Below are positions 14,505 through 27,168 of a stretch of DNA of 64,000 nucleotides, one piece after another; position 1 is the first letter of the stretch; each line of letters begins with the position of its first letter. The stretch covers positions 25,854,001 to 25,918,000 of the forward strand of contig NC_042997.1 of the NCBI RefSeq assembly GCF_006345805.1, given 5' to 3'. The notes beneath the pieces are model-generated. The model was not told the DNA's origin. It saw nothing but the letters and a program-made list of their open reading frames with translations, and did no database searches. Source of the DNA: Octopus sinensis (taxonomy: Eukaryota). The position numbers and the translations under genes are program-made.

Positions 14505-14880
14505 CTAGCAGTATGGCCCGGTGTTGCTCGGGTTTGTTTCGACCCTTTAGAATTGGAATTTTTCAAAAGTAAAAATTTTGGATTATGTAGCTGTCAGTGA
14601 ACATTTTTCTGGTTGAAATACACCGAAAAATGGCGACACAGCAGACAAAAAAATCGTAAAAAAATAGGGATTTTCATAGCAAAATAGCACATTTTTTATG
14701 TAAATACGTCTTAACATGGTCCGATTCGAATTTTATCTTCTACGGAATGAAGAGCAAGCCTTCTATCATACTCTCAATTTTGGTCAGCTTGCGCCGCAGG
14801 GTCTCGGCGGAGATAGTGTTAGTTGAAGGCTACCAAACATGCCATACACAAACATCTTCAGTTTTATATATATATAGAGA
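14505..14880 (-). mobile_element. Complete non-autonomous Helitron (376 bp)
   Basis: Minus strand starts TCTCTATATATATATAAAACTGA and ends with hairpin CCCG-AGCAACAC-CGGG then CCATACTGCTAG. Inserted between A and T with no TSD. Confidence 0.85.
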
Positions 14881-15957
14881 TTATATATTTTAATTTCGAG
14901 TTCTTAAAGCACAGAAATATCTTTTTATTAGACATATGAAAGGTATACATTCCCAATGAGTACAATGTAAAATACGCATCACCCTTGCTTGCATTCCATG
15001 ATTTTAATGGTTTGCTCATATCATGAATGCTACACTTGTTAATATCCCTTGAATTATATTTCTGAATTTCTCCTCTGAACAGCTCTTTCCCTCCCTCCAT
15101 CTCTCTCTCACTCTCTGTCTCTCTCACACACGTGCACACACACACACACACACCACACACACACACACTCTCTCTCTCTCTCTCTCTCTCTCTTATATAT
15201 ATATATATATATGCATACATACAAACACACACGCACATGTATGTGTATATACAGACATATATGTATACACACAAATATGCTTATACATATATATATATAT
15301 ATGTGTGTGTGTGTAAAGGCTATGTTATATCAATAATGATATGCACCGTAAAGCAGAACATTGCCATGGGGCTTCATTTCCAGTCGGAAATTATTTTATT
15401 TCAGTTATATAGCAAAATACTCTGCGGTAGAGCACGCACGTTAAAATCTTCCATCATCTACTTTTCTGACTGAGAAATCGACATTTAGAAATTTCCAAAT
15501 CCTGATTGTAAACAAGCAGACTAACATCTCAATGAACAGGCTTCTCAACTGGCTAGAAATTGCAACCAAATATTGACCTCACAATTTATTGACTTTGAAT
15601 AAAATGACAGAAGGCATAATGTATTTCGAGGTATACAGTGCCGGAAAAAATAGATCGTCATCAGCCGGTTTGTAACACCAGATCTAGCCCTGAATTAAAC
15701 AAGAAAGAAACTTCATTTATTTATTTATTTACGTATTTTAATCATATTAATTTCTTTTCAGTATCCATGATGAAGTTAGCTAAATTCCAATATTGCAGTA
15801 TTTACTTTTATTTCTTTATATATTTCATTTACAACTTTCTCTATAATTACAGTAAATACTGGTGACACACATCGCATTGATATAGTGGGATATAGTCTTT
15901 CATACAGCCATTGAATTGCGCAATAGCTGCCAAAGAAAATATCTGATAATTGGATGA

Positions 15958-16341
15958 TGGAAGCACTCCGTCGGTTACGACGACAAGGGTTCCGGTTGAT
16001 CCGATCAACGGAACAGCCTGCTCGTGAAATTAACGTGTAAGTGGCTGAGCACTCCACAGACACGTGTACCCTTAACGTAGTTCTCGGGGATATTCAGCGT
16101 GACACAGAGAGTGACAAGGCCGGCCCTTTGATATACAGGTACAACAGAAACAGAAAGTAAGAGTGAGAGAAAGTTGTGGTGAAAGAGTACAGCAGGGATC
16201 ACCACCATCCCCTGCCGGAGCCTCGTGGAGCTTTAGGTGTTTTCGCTCAATAAACACTCACAACGCCCGGTCTGGGAATCGAAACCGCGATCCTACGACC
16301 GCGAGTAAGCTGCCCTAACCACTGGGCCATTGCGCCTCCAC
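15958..16341 (-). mobile_element. SINE family C, tail type 2
   Basis: Same tRNA-like head and 5' body as 12965-13257, with a different ~190 nt 3' part. Confidence 0.85.
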
Positions 16342-16676
16342 ATCTGATAATACGATCCAGTAAGGCGCCCAACAGATCCGCGTTTCGCTTGACCTGCAAG
16401 ACAAAGAGAAGGAATAATCAGATAAATCTATTTTGAATTACAAAGTATAATCATAAAAGGTCACATTGGAAAACGTATTCCTAAATGTATAGTGTATGAT
16501 AAAAGAGCGAATGGTGAAGACTGAAATGATTTCGGCCACGGGCAAGATGGATCAACAGCAACACCAGCCGTTCAAGAATTTTGATCAGGAGATCTCCATT
16601 TCCAGCGACTTCGCGGGGGCCACCTCCCAGTGGTTTCGGGCGTCAACGAAGAGCCCTCGACTACAACAAGACAACC

Positions 16677-16826
16677 TCTCTTTTACTCTTTTACTCTTTT
16701 ATATGTTTCAGTCATTTGACTGCGGCCATGCTGGAGCACCGCCTTTAGTCGAGCAAATCGACCCCGGGACTTTGTAAGCCCAGTACTTATTCAATCGGTC
16801 TCTTTTTGCCGAACCGCTAAGTGACG
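16677..16826 (-). mobile_element. SINE B, 3' part
   Basis: (ctctttta)n followed by gtttcagtcatttgactgcggccatgctggagcaccgcc. Confidence 0.9.
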
Positions 16827-19399
16827 GTGCCGAGTTGTTTTTTTTTCTCCAAGGTCTGGAGTCTCCTGCCCCTAAGCCCTAGACCATCACCTAATCACCC
16901 TTACCCGTCTTGTTGCTTAACAACAACAACACCTACACCAACGACAGTGTCCAGAAACCTGATATGTCACATCCAGTTACACTTATAAGAAAACTGAATT
17001 CAAGAATACATGTTTTGAAATATTTCTGTTCATTACAGATTTTTCATGGGTTGAAGTTGCAGAGGGAGTCTATCCTGTGGGACCTAGCATTCATTTTTGC
17101 TTGTACTTAGCCCAATAAAAGCTACTTACTGAAGCATAAGAATGGGAGCAAATAAACTACTAACTTTTCGGTTGGTGATCAAGTATATATCTTACTAACA
17201 AGTCTACTGCCGAAACTCTGCTCCGGTCTCATGAACCTGGAGATGTCTGAAGCTGTTAATAAACGTCTTGTTTCTCAATGAGTAAACGAAATGACCGCTA
17301 AATCATTGCACGCCCCTCAAGAAATTGATGATTAGCTATTTCAAAGAGCAACTATTTACCCTTGAAAAGGAATGATATCTTGGAAATTAGTCTTACATAT
17401 AATATTTCTAAATTTAAACAGTGAATTACGAATGAAAGGATTTTGTTGTGCGTGTGTTCGATTTTGATTGAAATGAAACGAGAATTCCCATAACAGCAAC
17501 GACTCCTTCACTCTCATTGGATGTTTTACTATCCTCACTTAGGTCTTCGTTCTGGCTTTTATAAAATAAATACGAAAATATTTCGCTTGACTGAGCTCGA
17601 AAATATCACATTCACTTTTATTTAATTAGATTTAAAAAAAAAAAGTTTGGCCTTTATGTTTAATCAAAGAACTCAATTTTACTTATATTGTAAAATTGTA
17701 AACAGCATAATTATAACGAGATAAAAATGTACAAAATCGAAACTATAAAACAAAATAAAAAAAAGGAAATACGAAAGGATGAATGAATGAGTGAATGAAA
17801 AAGAAGAAAAGCTATATCCTCTGTAATTTTGTTCAAAATCTGTTGCCTGAATGTGGAAATACTGCTGCAAGAGTTTCAAGTCAAGGATTTGTTGCATGCA
17901 AATTTCTATCTGGCTATGTGTTTATAATATCCGATTGATCGTTTAACTCTGGGTGATTACGATGCTTTTTAATGTATTTTCCTAATTTAAAAATAAATTA
18001 CAACTTTCGCTTGAAAAGGCTCATCATTATAAGTTTAGGTTTCTATTCTATCCTTCAATCTTTCTCTCTCAGTCTCTCTTCAGCGTTCTCTCTCCATATA
18101 TATCGAAACTCTATCGAGTGCTACTTCTTTCTTGTATCCACTTTCATTCTTTCAATTTCTTTGTTCATTCCATCTAAGTTTCTTCATTTCCTTCTCGATT
18201 TTCAAATGATTTCTAAATTATTTCGTTTTTTTACTACATTTTTGTTACTCTTTCCATATCTATTTTTCTCTCTCTGTGTCTCTTACTCTCTCTCACTCTC
18301 TCTCTCTCTCCATATATATCCCTTTCTCTTTCACGTTGTGCACATACACGTCTATGTGAGTATTCAGCATTTTAAATACATCTTCGTGTATGAAGATATG
18401 TGTATGTACAAAGATTAATTAGTACACGTGTGTATGCGACAAGACGGAGCACTCATACCCGAACACATACAGGCACAAACACACACACAAGCACATACAG
18501 GTACAAACACACACTTAAATACACTTTTAAAAAACCACACACTTACACACATTCAAACACCCAAACATACACACAAACTTACAGTATATGTGCCTGTTTA
18601 TGTGTGAGGTATGTGTGTGTTTGTAAGATAGTGCATACCACTAATAATTATCAAATCGAAAAAGAAAGTGGTTCTGATGGTTGAAGAATGGTGTGGGGAA
18701 ATAAAACAGCATTATGAACTTAGAAAATGAGTTTATACAGATTTTCAGATGATCAATCCCTTAGTTTTAATTATATACATTTAATTATTTATTTAATGAA
18801 AAAAAAAAGATTAGCTGTTAGATTGGATTTTTCCTTTGTTCTTTTGAAAATTTACCAACACACATATGCGCACATATATATATACAGACACGCACACACA
18901 TGTACACACACACACACATATACATATATATGCACATATATATTCACGCATGTAATGTGTGTGTGTGTATACACATACACACATATATATATTTGATATA
19001 TAACATTTTGACTTGTGTACGATGCATTTTATCTAAGTATATCATATATGCACGGATAATTACAATAAATATCCTAGTTATTAAAACTGGATCATATTAA
19101 CAAGAACTAAACGTACCTCATACATCCATTTATCCTGTACGTGTATTTATAAGAATACAGTTTATATTCTTGACTCTTGATCCAAGCTAAATGGTAAATA
19201 TATTCTTTTCCTTTTTCCGATTTCGGTCGATCAATAAATTATTACATTTTTACATGATTTAGGCTGTTTTTATTCTTTTAATAATTTGAAGTGATTATGT
19301 AGAATGCTATTTAATTTTATATATTTTTTGTGCGTTTATGTGTGAATTTTGCTGTATTTGATAAATTCATTGAAAGCTTACTCTTATGACGTTGACAGT

Positions 19400-19478
19400 A
19401 AATATAGTACCAGATGAACAATAGAGTCGATATAATCGACAAATCCGGTCCCACAAATTGGCTGCCCTTGTGTCAAAA
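19400..19478 (+). mobile_element. SINE A-like 3' fragment ending in an (ATT)n tail
   Basis: agtaccag...gtcgatataatcgac matches the SINE A body; followed by (ATT)n/(GTT)n at 19478-19630. Confidence 0.55.
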
Positions 19479-19491
19479 TTATTATTATTAC

Positions 19492-19548
<57 letters not shown>

Positions 19549-19631
19549 CAATATTATCATTATCATTGTTGTTGTATTGTTGCTGTTGTTACTCTTGTTT
19601 TTGTTGTTGCTGCTGCTGTTGTTGTTTTTAT

Positions 19632-20090
19632 TAAGGCGGCGAGCTGGCAGAATTGTTAGCACGCCGGGTGAAATGCTTAGTGGTATTTCGTCTGCCGGTA
19701 CGTTCTGAGTTCAAATTCCGCTGCGGTCGACGTTGTCTTTCAACCTTTCGGGGTCGATAAATTAAGTACCAGTTACGCACTGGGGTCGATATAATCGACT
19801 TAATCCGTTTTTCTGTCCTTGCCTGTCGTCTCTGTGTTTAGCCCCTTGTGGGTAGTAAAGAAATAGGTATTCCGTCTGCCGCTACGTTCTGAGTTCAAAT
19901 TCCGCCGAGGTCGCCTTTGCCTTTCATCCTTTCGGGATAGATTAAATAAGCACCAGTTACGCACTGGGATCGATATAATCGACTTAATCCGTTTGTCTGT
20001 CCTTGTTTGTCCTCTCTCTCTGTAGCCTCTTGTGGGTAGTAAAGAAATAGGTATTACGTATCCCTCTATGTACTGAGTTAAAATTCCGTA
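19632..20090 (+). mobile_element. tRNA-derived SINE family A with head-to-tail internal reiteration
   Basis: Unit 1 ggcggcgagctggcagaa...gttcaaattcc...gtgggtagtaaagaaata (to about 19865). Unit 2 restarts at ggtatt (to about 20050), and a third partial restart follows. Confidence 0.92.
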
Positions 20091-20260
20091 TATAAATTAG
20101 AGAAAAAACACTATTATGCAATTCAAACAATGATAGACATAAACCAAATCATAAATTTTAAAAAAATAATATATATTTTAAAACATAACTAGATCACAAA
20201 AAGTACAATAATGAATAAGCAATATATAATAATTATATAAGTAATTCTCTAACTTATATA

Positions 20261-20560
20261 TCTATATATATAAAACTGAGAATGTGTGTCTGTCTGTCTG
20301 TCTGTGTGTTTCCCAAAACTTGAGAACTACACGACCAATTTCATTCAAATTTTACACATGCCTTACTTAGGGTCCATGTAGTTACATGGGCAGAAAAATG
20401 TTCAACTTCTTGCCTAGAGCGAGCCCATAACAATATCATATCTTCTCCACTATTTCAGTATTACGTGTTAAAAGTGAAATAAAAGCATTTACTATTTTAT
20501 GTCAGATACTTTCACTTTAACAATAAAAATAATAATAACAATTGAATTATATGTAGTAAG
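20261..20560 (+). mobile_element. Non-autonomous Helitron-like element, 5' part
   Basis: A|TCTATATATATAAAACTGA, the same start as the 14880 end, followed by (GTCT)n. No 3' CTAG end found and the right boundary is approximate. Confidence 0.65.
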
Positions 20561-21269
20561 TAATATTTAATATCAAACTAAAGTGTAATATAATCGTAAC
20601 ATAACACAAGTAAAAATAGCAATTGGTATAAAATTGCATCAATGGCTTGAACTTGAATAAGTGGTTTCACATGAATGGGAATAAATTAAAAATAAAATTA
20701 GCGTGCAGAAATGGAATCGTCCAGATGGATAATAAAAAATAAAATTAAAGAAAAGACTATTGTCTATAAAGTATACAATGTAGAGAAAAAAGATTGGAAC
20801 ACCTGGAGGAAAGCACCATCGAAAAGTGTCTTGGTACAACTATGAAAGATATTTAACCAGAGGCGGTAAATTCGCCACAATAGAAGCAACGTTCGAGTCA
20901 ATGGAGCATGCAAGGGAGTACTCGACTCGAACTTGCAAAGTGGAGATATTTTATTTTTACCTTTACATCTGGGACGTAGGACGTCCCGGATAAAAATTAA
21001 AAATGCCTCCCCCCCCCTCCAGCAGTAGAGGTAGGCTGGATTGTAACCACACTTCTAAACAAGAGGGATGACAAGATACAATTGATCGAAATTGCAAGAT
21101 ACGGGCCTGCAATTCCAGTCTGTTATATATTTTGAGTATTGTTATCACTAGCGATATCAAGATATAACTTTGTATTTTGTATTTTATGTGTAGACGTATA
21201 TATATATTTATATATATATATAGATGTACATGTAATATGTGCACATATATATACACATATATACATGCA

Positions 21270-21340
21270 CTAGCACTATGACCCGGCAATGACGGGTCAT
21301 AATGCATTTTTCCCTGTAAGTTTGGAGTTATACTACCTAA
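21270..21340 (-). mobile_element. Helitron 3' end fragment
   Basis: Minus strand has hairpin TATGACCCG-TCATTGC-CGGGTCATA then GTGCTAG|T. Confidence 0.65.
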
Positions 21341-21426
21341 TATTATATATATATATATATAATATTCATACACACACATGCGCATACACACACACACACA
21401 CACACACAACACACACACACACACAC

Positions 21427-21456
<30 letters not shown>

Positions 21457-21458
<2 letters not shown>

Positions 21459-22452
21459 GAGGTTGGACAAAATATTGGAAGCACCTAGCAATATAGCATC
21501 ATAATTTGAAATATCAAGAAAACCGTCAAAAGCTTATTTATTTTAAAGTTTTTATTTATTTATTATTAGTGTTTCTTATTATGTTTTCCTAAAATTGCTG
21601 TTTCAGTAAAAGGTAATTAAAATTACTTAATGACCACCAGGAGAAACCTATTTCCACAAAAACTGTTCGCCGGGAGCTGCACATAGCCAGATTTCACGGT
21701 AGAGCTGAAATTAGAAAACAACTACTTTCAAAAACAAACGTTGCAAAGCGTTTAGAGAGGAGTAATATCCACAGAATTGGTCCCTAGAACAGTGGAAAAA
21801 ATCTTATTTTTTCGGGAAGTCATCCATTACTTTATCTCCGACTACCGGCCGTGTATATGTGTGGAGACAGCCAAAAGAAGCATTTGACCCAGACTGCTTT
21901 CTTTCAACTGTTAAACATGGAGGAGGATCTGTGAAAACTTGGTGATGGGGGTGGGGTATATCTTGGAAATCCACCGGCCAAGTGGTTTCCCTTCATGGCA
22001 GAATTAATAATAAAGACTATTTAAGAATTTTATCCTAACAAATACATCCTATGTTTACGGAACTGTTTCCGAAAGTAAACGCAATATTTCAGGATGATAA
22101 TGCACCAATTCACACAGCCCAATTTGTTACTGAATGGCACGAGGAATATTCTAGTGAAGTTGAACATCTTATCTGACCACCACAGTCCTCAGATCTCAAT
22201 ATTATTGAACCTTTATGGTGCATTTTAGAAAAACACGTAAGGAGTCGATATCCTCCATCATCAGGACAGGAGCTGGAGACTGTTTCAGCTGAACAACGGA
22301 CAAAAATATATTTGGAAACAATTCAAACTTTGTGCGAGCCCATAAGTAGTAGAATTCAAGTTGTAACTACTGCCAAAGGCGGTCCTACCCCATATTAAAT
22401 TACATTTTTAAAAAAACTTTAAGGTGTTTCCATTATTTTGTCCAACTCCTCT
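21457..22452 (+). mobile_element. Tc1-type DNA transposon, internally deleted and decayed, DD36E spacing
   Basis: TIRs gaggttggacaaaatattggaagcacct (21457-21486) and aggtgtttccattattttgtccaactcctct (22422-22452), with TA-rich flanks. Transposase remnants TVRRELH, GRVYVWRQPKEAFDPDC, TVKHGGGSV, FQDDNAPIHT...*PPQSSDLNIIEPLW. Confidence 0.92.
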
Positions 22453-22659
22453 ATGAATATATGTATATATATATATATTCAATGAAATATAAAATCTTGC
22501 AAAACAAATGTATTACTTTCCAGTAAAATAAAGCATCGTAAATGTAGAAATATAAATATAGAGTAGTGGTACGACAAAACACCAGTGTTTACTGGAAATA
22601 GCAGTCGATACATTTTCAACGCTATAGTAAAGCTTGAATGTGTATAAACTGGCAAAGAT

Positions 22660-23112
22660 GTGTGAGGGCAGCAAACATAAAAAATTATGTCTTACCTCTA
22701 GGAAGAACATTATATAAATGGATAACCCAGAATCGGCTAATCCAGTACCTGGTTTTCAGACTCGTTAAATACGTTTGTCATCGTAAATTTTATTAGTCGT
22801 TATCAGTTGGATTTACCTGGACAATATTTCAAATGTTGCTACATCAATGTCAGTACACTCGCCTGGACGTTTAGCCGTTAACAGACCGAGAACAGTGACA
22901 AAAATTTCGATGAAAAAGGCGAGTATACTAGCATTGATGTAGCAACATTTGAAATATTGTCCAGGTAAATCCAGCTGATGGAGACCAATCAAATTTACAA
23001 TGAGAAACGTATTTGTAGAGTCCGAAACCTAGGTACTGGATTATCCGATTCTGGGTTATAATGTTCTTCCTAGAGGTAAGACGTAATTTTTTTATGTTTG
23101 CTGCCCTCACAC
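22660..23112. mobile_element. Foldback / MITE-like element with ~200 bp inverted arms and a 54 bp spacer
   Basis: 22660-22863 is the reverse complement of 22918-23112 (gtgtgagggcagcaaacataaaaaa...catcaatg..agta.actcgcc), with scattered mismatches and one ~11 nt indel. Confidence 0.85.
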
Positions 23113-23150
23113 TATTATTTATATATATATAAATACAAATAATTTTTATA

Positions 23151-24116
23151 GTGGCCCTCTCAGATACGCCCTCAAATGCCCGGATAGCCACTCTGGCAAG
23201 CTATGCAGACGATACGAGAGTCTCGCAGAAAATACAGAACCCCAGCGATGTTGCACACCTGCAGCAGGAGTTGGACTCAATCTACAGATGGGCTGAGGAT
23301 AATAATATGCAGTTTAATGCTGAAAAATTCCCGGCCCTGCGCTACCAGCATCTAAAACTGAATATTAAACTTACAGGATACACCGGTCCACAGGGAATTT
23401 CAATCCCAGAGCCTAAGTCTGTGAGGGATCTGGGTATCGACATGAGTGATGATACCTTTTTCCAAGTGCACTTTACCAGGATGGCGACAAAGTACAGACG
23501 ACTGGTTGGGTGGATCCTAAGAACATTCAGAACCAGAGATAAAGAAACCATGATGGTCCTCTGGCGGGCATTCGTCCTCAGCCGCCTGGATTACTGCTCA
23601 CAGCTATGGTCACCCACCAGTGTAAAATTAACAGCGGACCTTGAAGCAATCCAAAGAAGATTCACAAAGAAGATCGTCTCTTTGCAACAGCTCAGCTACT
23701 GGGAAAGGTTGAAACAGCTAAGACTCTACTCCCTGGAGAGAAGACGGGAGAAGTATGCAGTAATATATGTCTGGAAGATCCTGGAAGGAATTGTGCCAAA
23801 TTTTGGCATTGTAAGCTACACCAATGCTAGAACGGGACGACACTGCATAATGCCAAAGATCCCAGCAATGCCATCACGCTTCAGGACCAGCTTCTGCAAC
23901 AGCCTGGGTTTCAAGGGCCCACAGCTTTTTAATATTCTCCCAAAGAGTCTGAGGAACTTGCACAAAGTAGATGTAGCGGTTTTTAAATCAAAGCTGGACA
24001 TCTTCCTGTCAAGAGTCCCAGATGAACCTACCTCACGGCAAAAGGTGCAAATGAGAGTAGCTATATCAAACTCCATTCTTCACCAAGTACCACATATTAG
24101 ACGAGGTTCGTTGTAA
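23151..24116 (+). pseudogene. Reverse transcriptase C-terminal fragment (LINE ORF2)
   Basis: ORF track: LASYADDTRV...LQQELDSIYRWAEDNNMQFNAEKF...VRDLGI...SRLDYCSQLWSP. Lacks the endonuclease and N-terminal RT. Confidence 0.9.
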
Positions 24117-24185
24117 TAACAGTGTAGCACAAAACGGCGGCGCATCAACATGGCCGCAGCTCTGAGCTGAAACTAGAAAAAAAAA
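23151..24185 (+). mobile_element. 5'-truncated CR1-group LINE
   Basis: Open 321-aa frame with YADD and the C-terminal motif LYSLERRRE, a short 3' UTR with stem-loop, and poly(A) at 24177-24185. Confidence 0.95.
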
Positions 24186-24447
24186 GTATAAATTAATAAT
24201 TTTAATTTTAAATATAAATAATTTAAATTTTTAAATTTTATTATTTTATATATTTTGTATATTATATTAATTACTTTTATTTTTACGTTTTGGTTTCTGT
24301 TTTTCACTGTTTGATTTGCCTAATAGTCGTTTTATCTCAAATTTAATATATATATATACATGTACGTATGTATGTATTTATGTATGTTTATACATGTTTA
24401 CATGCATATAAGTATATGTATGTATACACACATATGTATATATACAT

Positions 24448-24512
<65 letters not shown>

Positions 24513-24546
24513 ATATGTATATATATACATATATACATACCACATG

Positions 24547-24597
<51 letters not shown>

Positions 24598-24605
24598 GTA
24601 TATAT

Positions 24606-24765
<160 letters not shown>

Positions 24766-24881
24766 TATATATATACATATATATAAACATATATATATAT
24801 ATAGTATTATATTTTAAAATAATTTTTTGTCTTCTGAAATTTATTACGCATGCTAGCCACTGGTAATTATTTAATAATTTT

Positions 24882-24923
<42 letters not shown>

Positions 24924-26731
24924 CATATATATATTTACACGCACACAGGCACACATATATCTTATATATGTATTCATGAATATATGTATTAATGTTTTGT
25001 ATGCGTGTTTGTGTGAACAATATTTTTTCTGCCTACATATTTTATCACTATCTTATATGATTTCAATCTTATTTACATGAAAACTACATTCAAATATTTT
25101 GGCTTTCTTTCTACCTTTTTTATAGGATTAATAAGACGTTAATCTTAACTGTTCACTGTGTTAAGTTGCTGCATGTTACCATTTCTATTTCTATATTTAT
25201 AGTTAAATAACGTTAATTAATTAATGACAAATTACAAGAACATGTCAGAAAACAAACTCATGATGGAATACAAACTCGTGCTCTAGTGTTTGAAGCATTC
25301 GTGACATGAAATCATGTATCTCTATCTTAACCCTCCCACCCCCGCCGTCGTTTAGCTCGTCAGTGTCAGTAGAATGGCGCCGGAAATAATATCATTGATA
25401 GTGTCCTTACTTATATCATACAAATAAACATCCCACTCTCTGCAGATTTCATCTAAACGTGTTGACAGAACTACTTTCTCAAGGCTTTGTTTCATTTCTG
25501 GCTATGATCATACTTTTTAATTGATTTCTGATTTTCTTTATTTGATGTTCCTTGTAGTATAAAGCCATAAGGACTATTAATATGAGACGTGTTTTAAAAT
25601 CAAAAATAGATACTTATCTTGAAATTAAATGGATAAGACTGCACCGGTAGTTTGAAATTTGAACTTGCGGATGTTTACAAAGTTCTTTCGTTCAGGTCAA
25701 CGAGTGTAAATCCTCATGCAACCGAGATAGGAAATGTCTCACTTTTAATTGTTTTTAAGGAAGCATTTGCTACGTTTTATTTTTTTTAATCTCAAGCATA
25801 TTATTTTTTATTTGTAAATAGAAACGGAATGACTAAATACAAGAAGAAACAAGGAAGTAAAACATAGATCGAGCGTTTACCATTTGGCATATAACATCTC
25901 TGAAACGAAGTGGATTATGGAATATGAATGAGAGAAAACTACATTGAGGGCCGTAAGAAAATAGTGTTCTACATGACAAATAATATTTATCAGATACGAA
26001 ACCTATGAAAGTCATATAATTCTCATCCTAAATATTGCTATATACAACTGTAGATTTACAATACAAATTTTTATTGTAACACCCATAACAGCTGCGTCGT
26101 CTCTCTTTTTGAAGTTTGCTTGAATACGAGTTGAAATGTTGTCAGTGCATTCACAAATGAAATATTTCTAATCTTTACAATACCAATGTATTCATTACAT
26201 TTTATTATAAGCAATTTAAACACTTGTACCATTGAACACTTATTTCTCTGAAATTTTGCTGAGAATCAAAATGATCGAGATGAAATAAAGAGTAATCTAA
26301 ATAATGAGGAATTCCCTTAGCAAATACCGACGTTTATAAACGAACATATTAAACCAATGAAATCCCCTGTGTTGTAATTGATATCCTTTGATTTTTGATG
26401 ATAATTATCTACCCGATGTTATCTTCCTGACAAATATATACCTGATAATGTTATAACAAATATTTTAACCATAAATTACATTTTTATAATGTTCTATCTT
26501 AGGTGTTGTGTCCTTTCCCTTTGATATTTGTGCAACAAATAAAACTCTTCCAGCAACGATATAAAATCAAGCAGCGGAATCTATTTCTAAGACGTTAACC
26601 GTGAAGCTCAGTGACATATTCCCAGCATATATTTTTCTAAATTATATGGACGGCTAATTGCAATCATATTCAAAGTACATTATTTATATTAATTACATTC
26701 GACGGATATTTGTCCTATCTTGTTTGTTGTT

Positions 26732-26777
26732 AATACAACGTTTTGGCTGGTATAACCTCCAGCCTTCTTCAGGTGTC
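26732..26777 (-). ncRNA. Minimal type I hammerhead ribozyme motif (one core lesion)
   Basis: GACAC-CTGAAGA-A-GGCTG-GAGGTTATAC-CAGCC-AAAAC-GTT-GTATT. Stems I and II pair; G12 is replaced by A. Confidence 0.65.
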
Positions 26778-27122
26778 TCGAGGAAATTTTGAACCTGGGT
26801 TCTCATTCTTAAGGTATTAGTTCTCACAGACGAGGGCATGTCCTGCCTTTTCCGCTATTCTTTTAGCTTTATGTGAATCGAATGGTGTCGTTATAATCAA
26901 GCCAGGTAGTATTAGCTTTGAGTTTCTACATCTACATAAGAAAGTTAGATTGTTTGAAAGACGGGCTAATTTCTCTATACGTCTCTATTGAAGTCTAATG
27001 TCGACTCCGTACCGATTAGCTAATACAGTTCTGTATTTAAGAGATGGGGAATTATGTACACAATGTACATTATTCACATTATTTACATTCGACGGATACT
27101 TGTCCTCATCTTGTTTATTGTT

Positions 27123-27168
27123 AACACAACATTTCGGCTGATATACCCTCCAGCCTTCTTTAGGTGTC
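27123..27168 (-). ncRNA. Minimal type I hammerhead ribozyme motif (two lesions)
   Basis: GACAC-CTAAAGA-A-GGCTG-GAGGGTATAT-CAGCC-GAAAT-GTT-GTGTT. Stems I and II pair; G5>A and C15.2>T. Confidence 0.65.
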
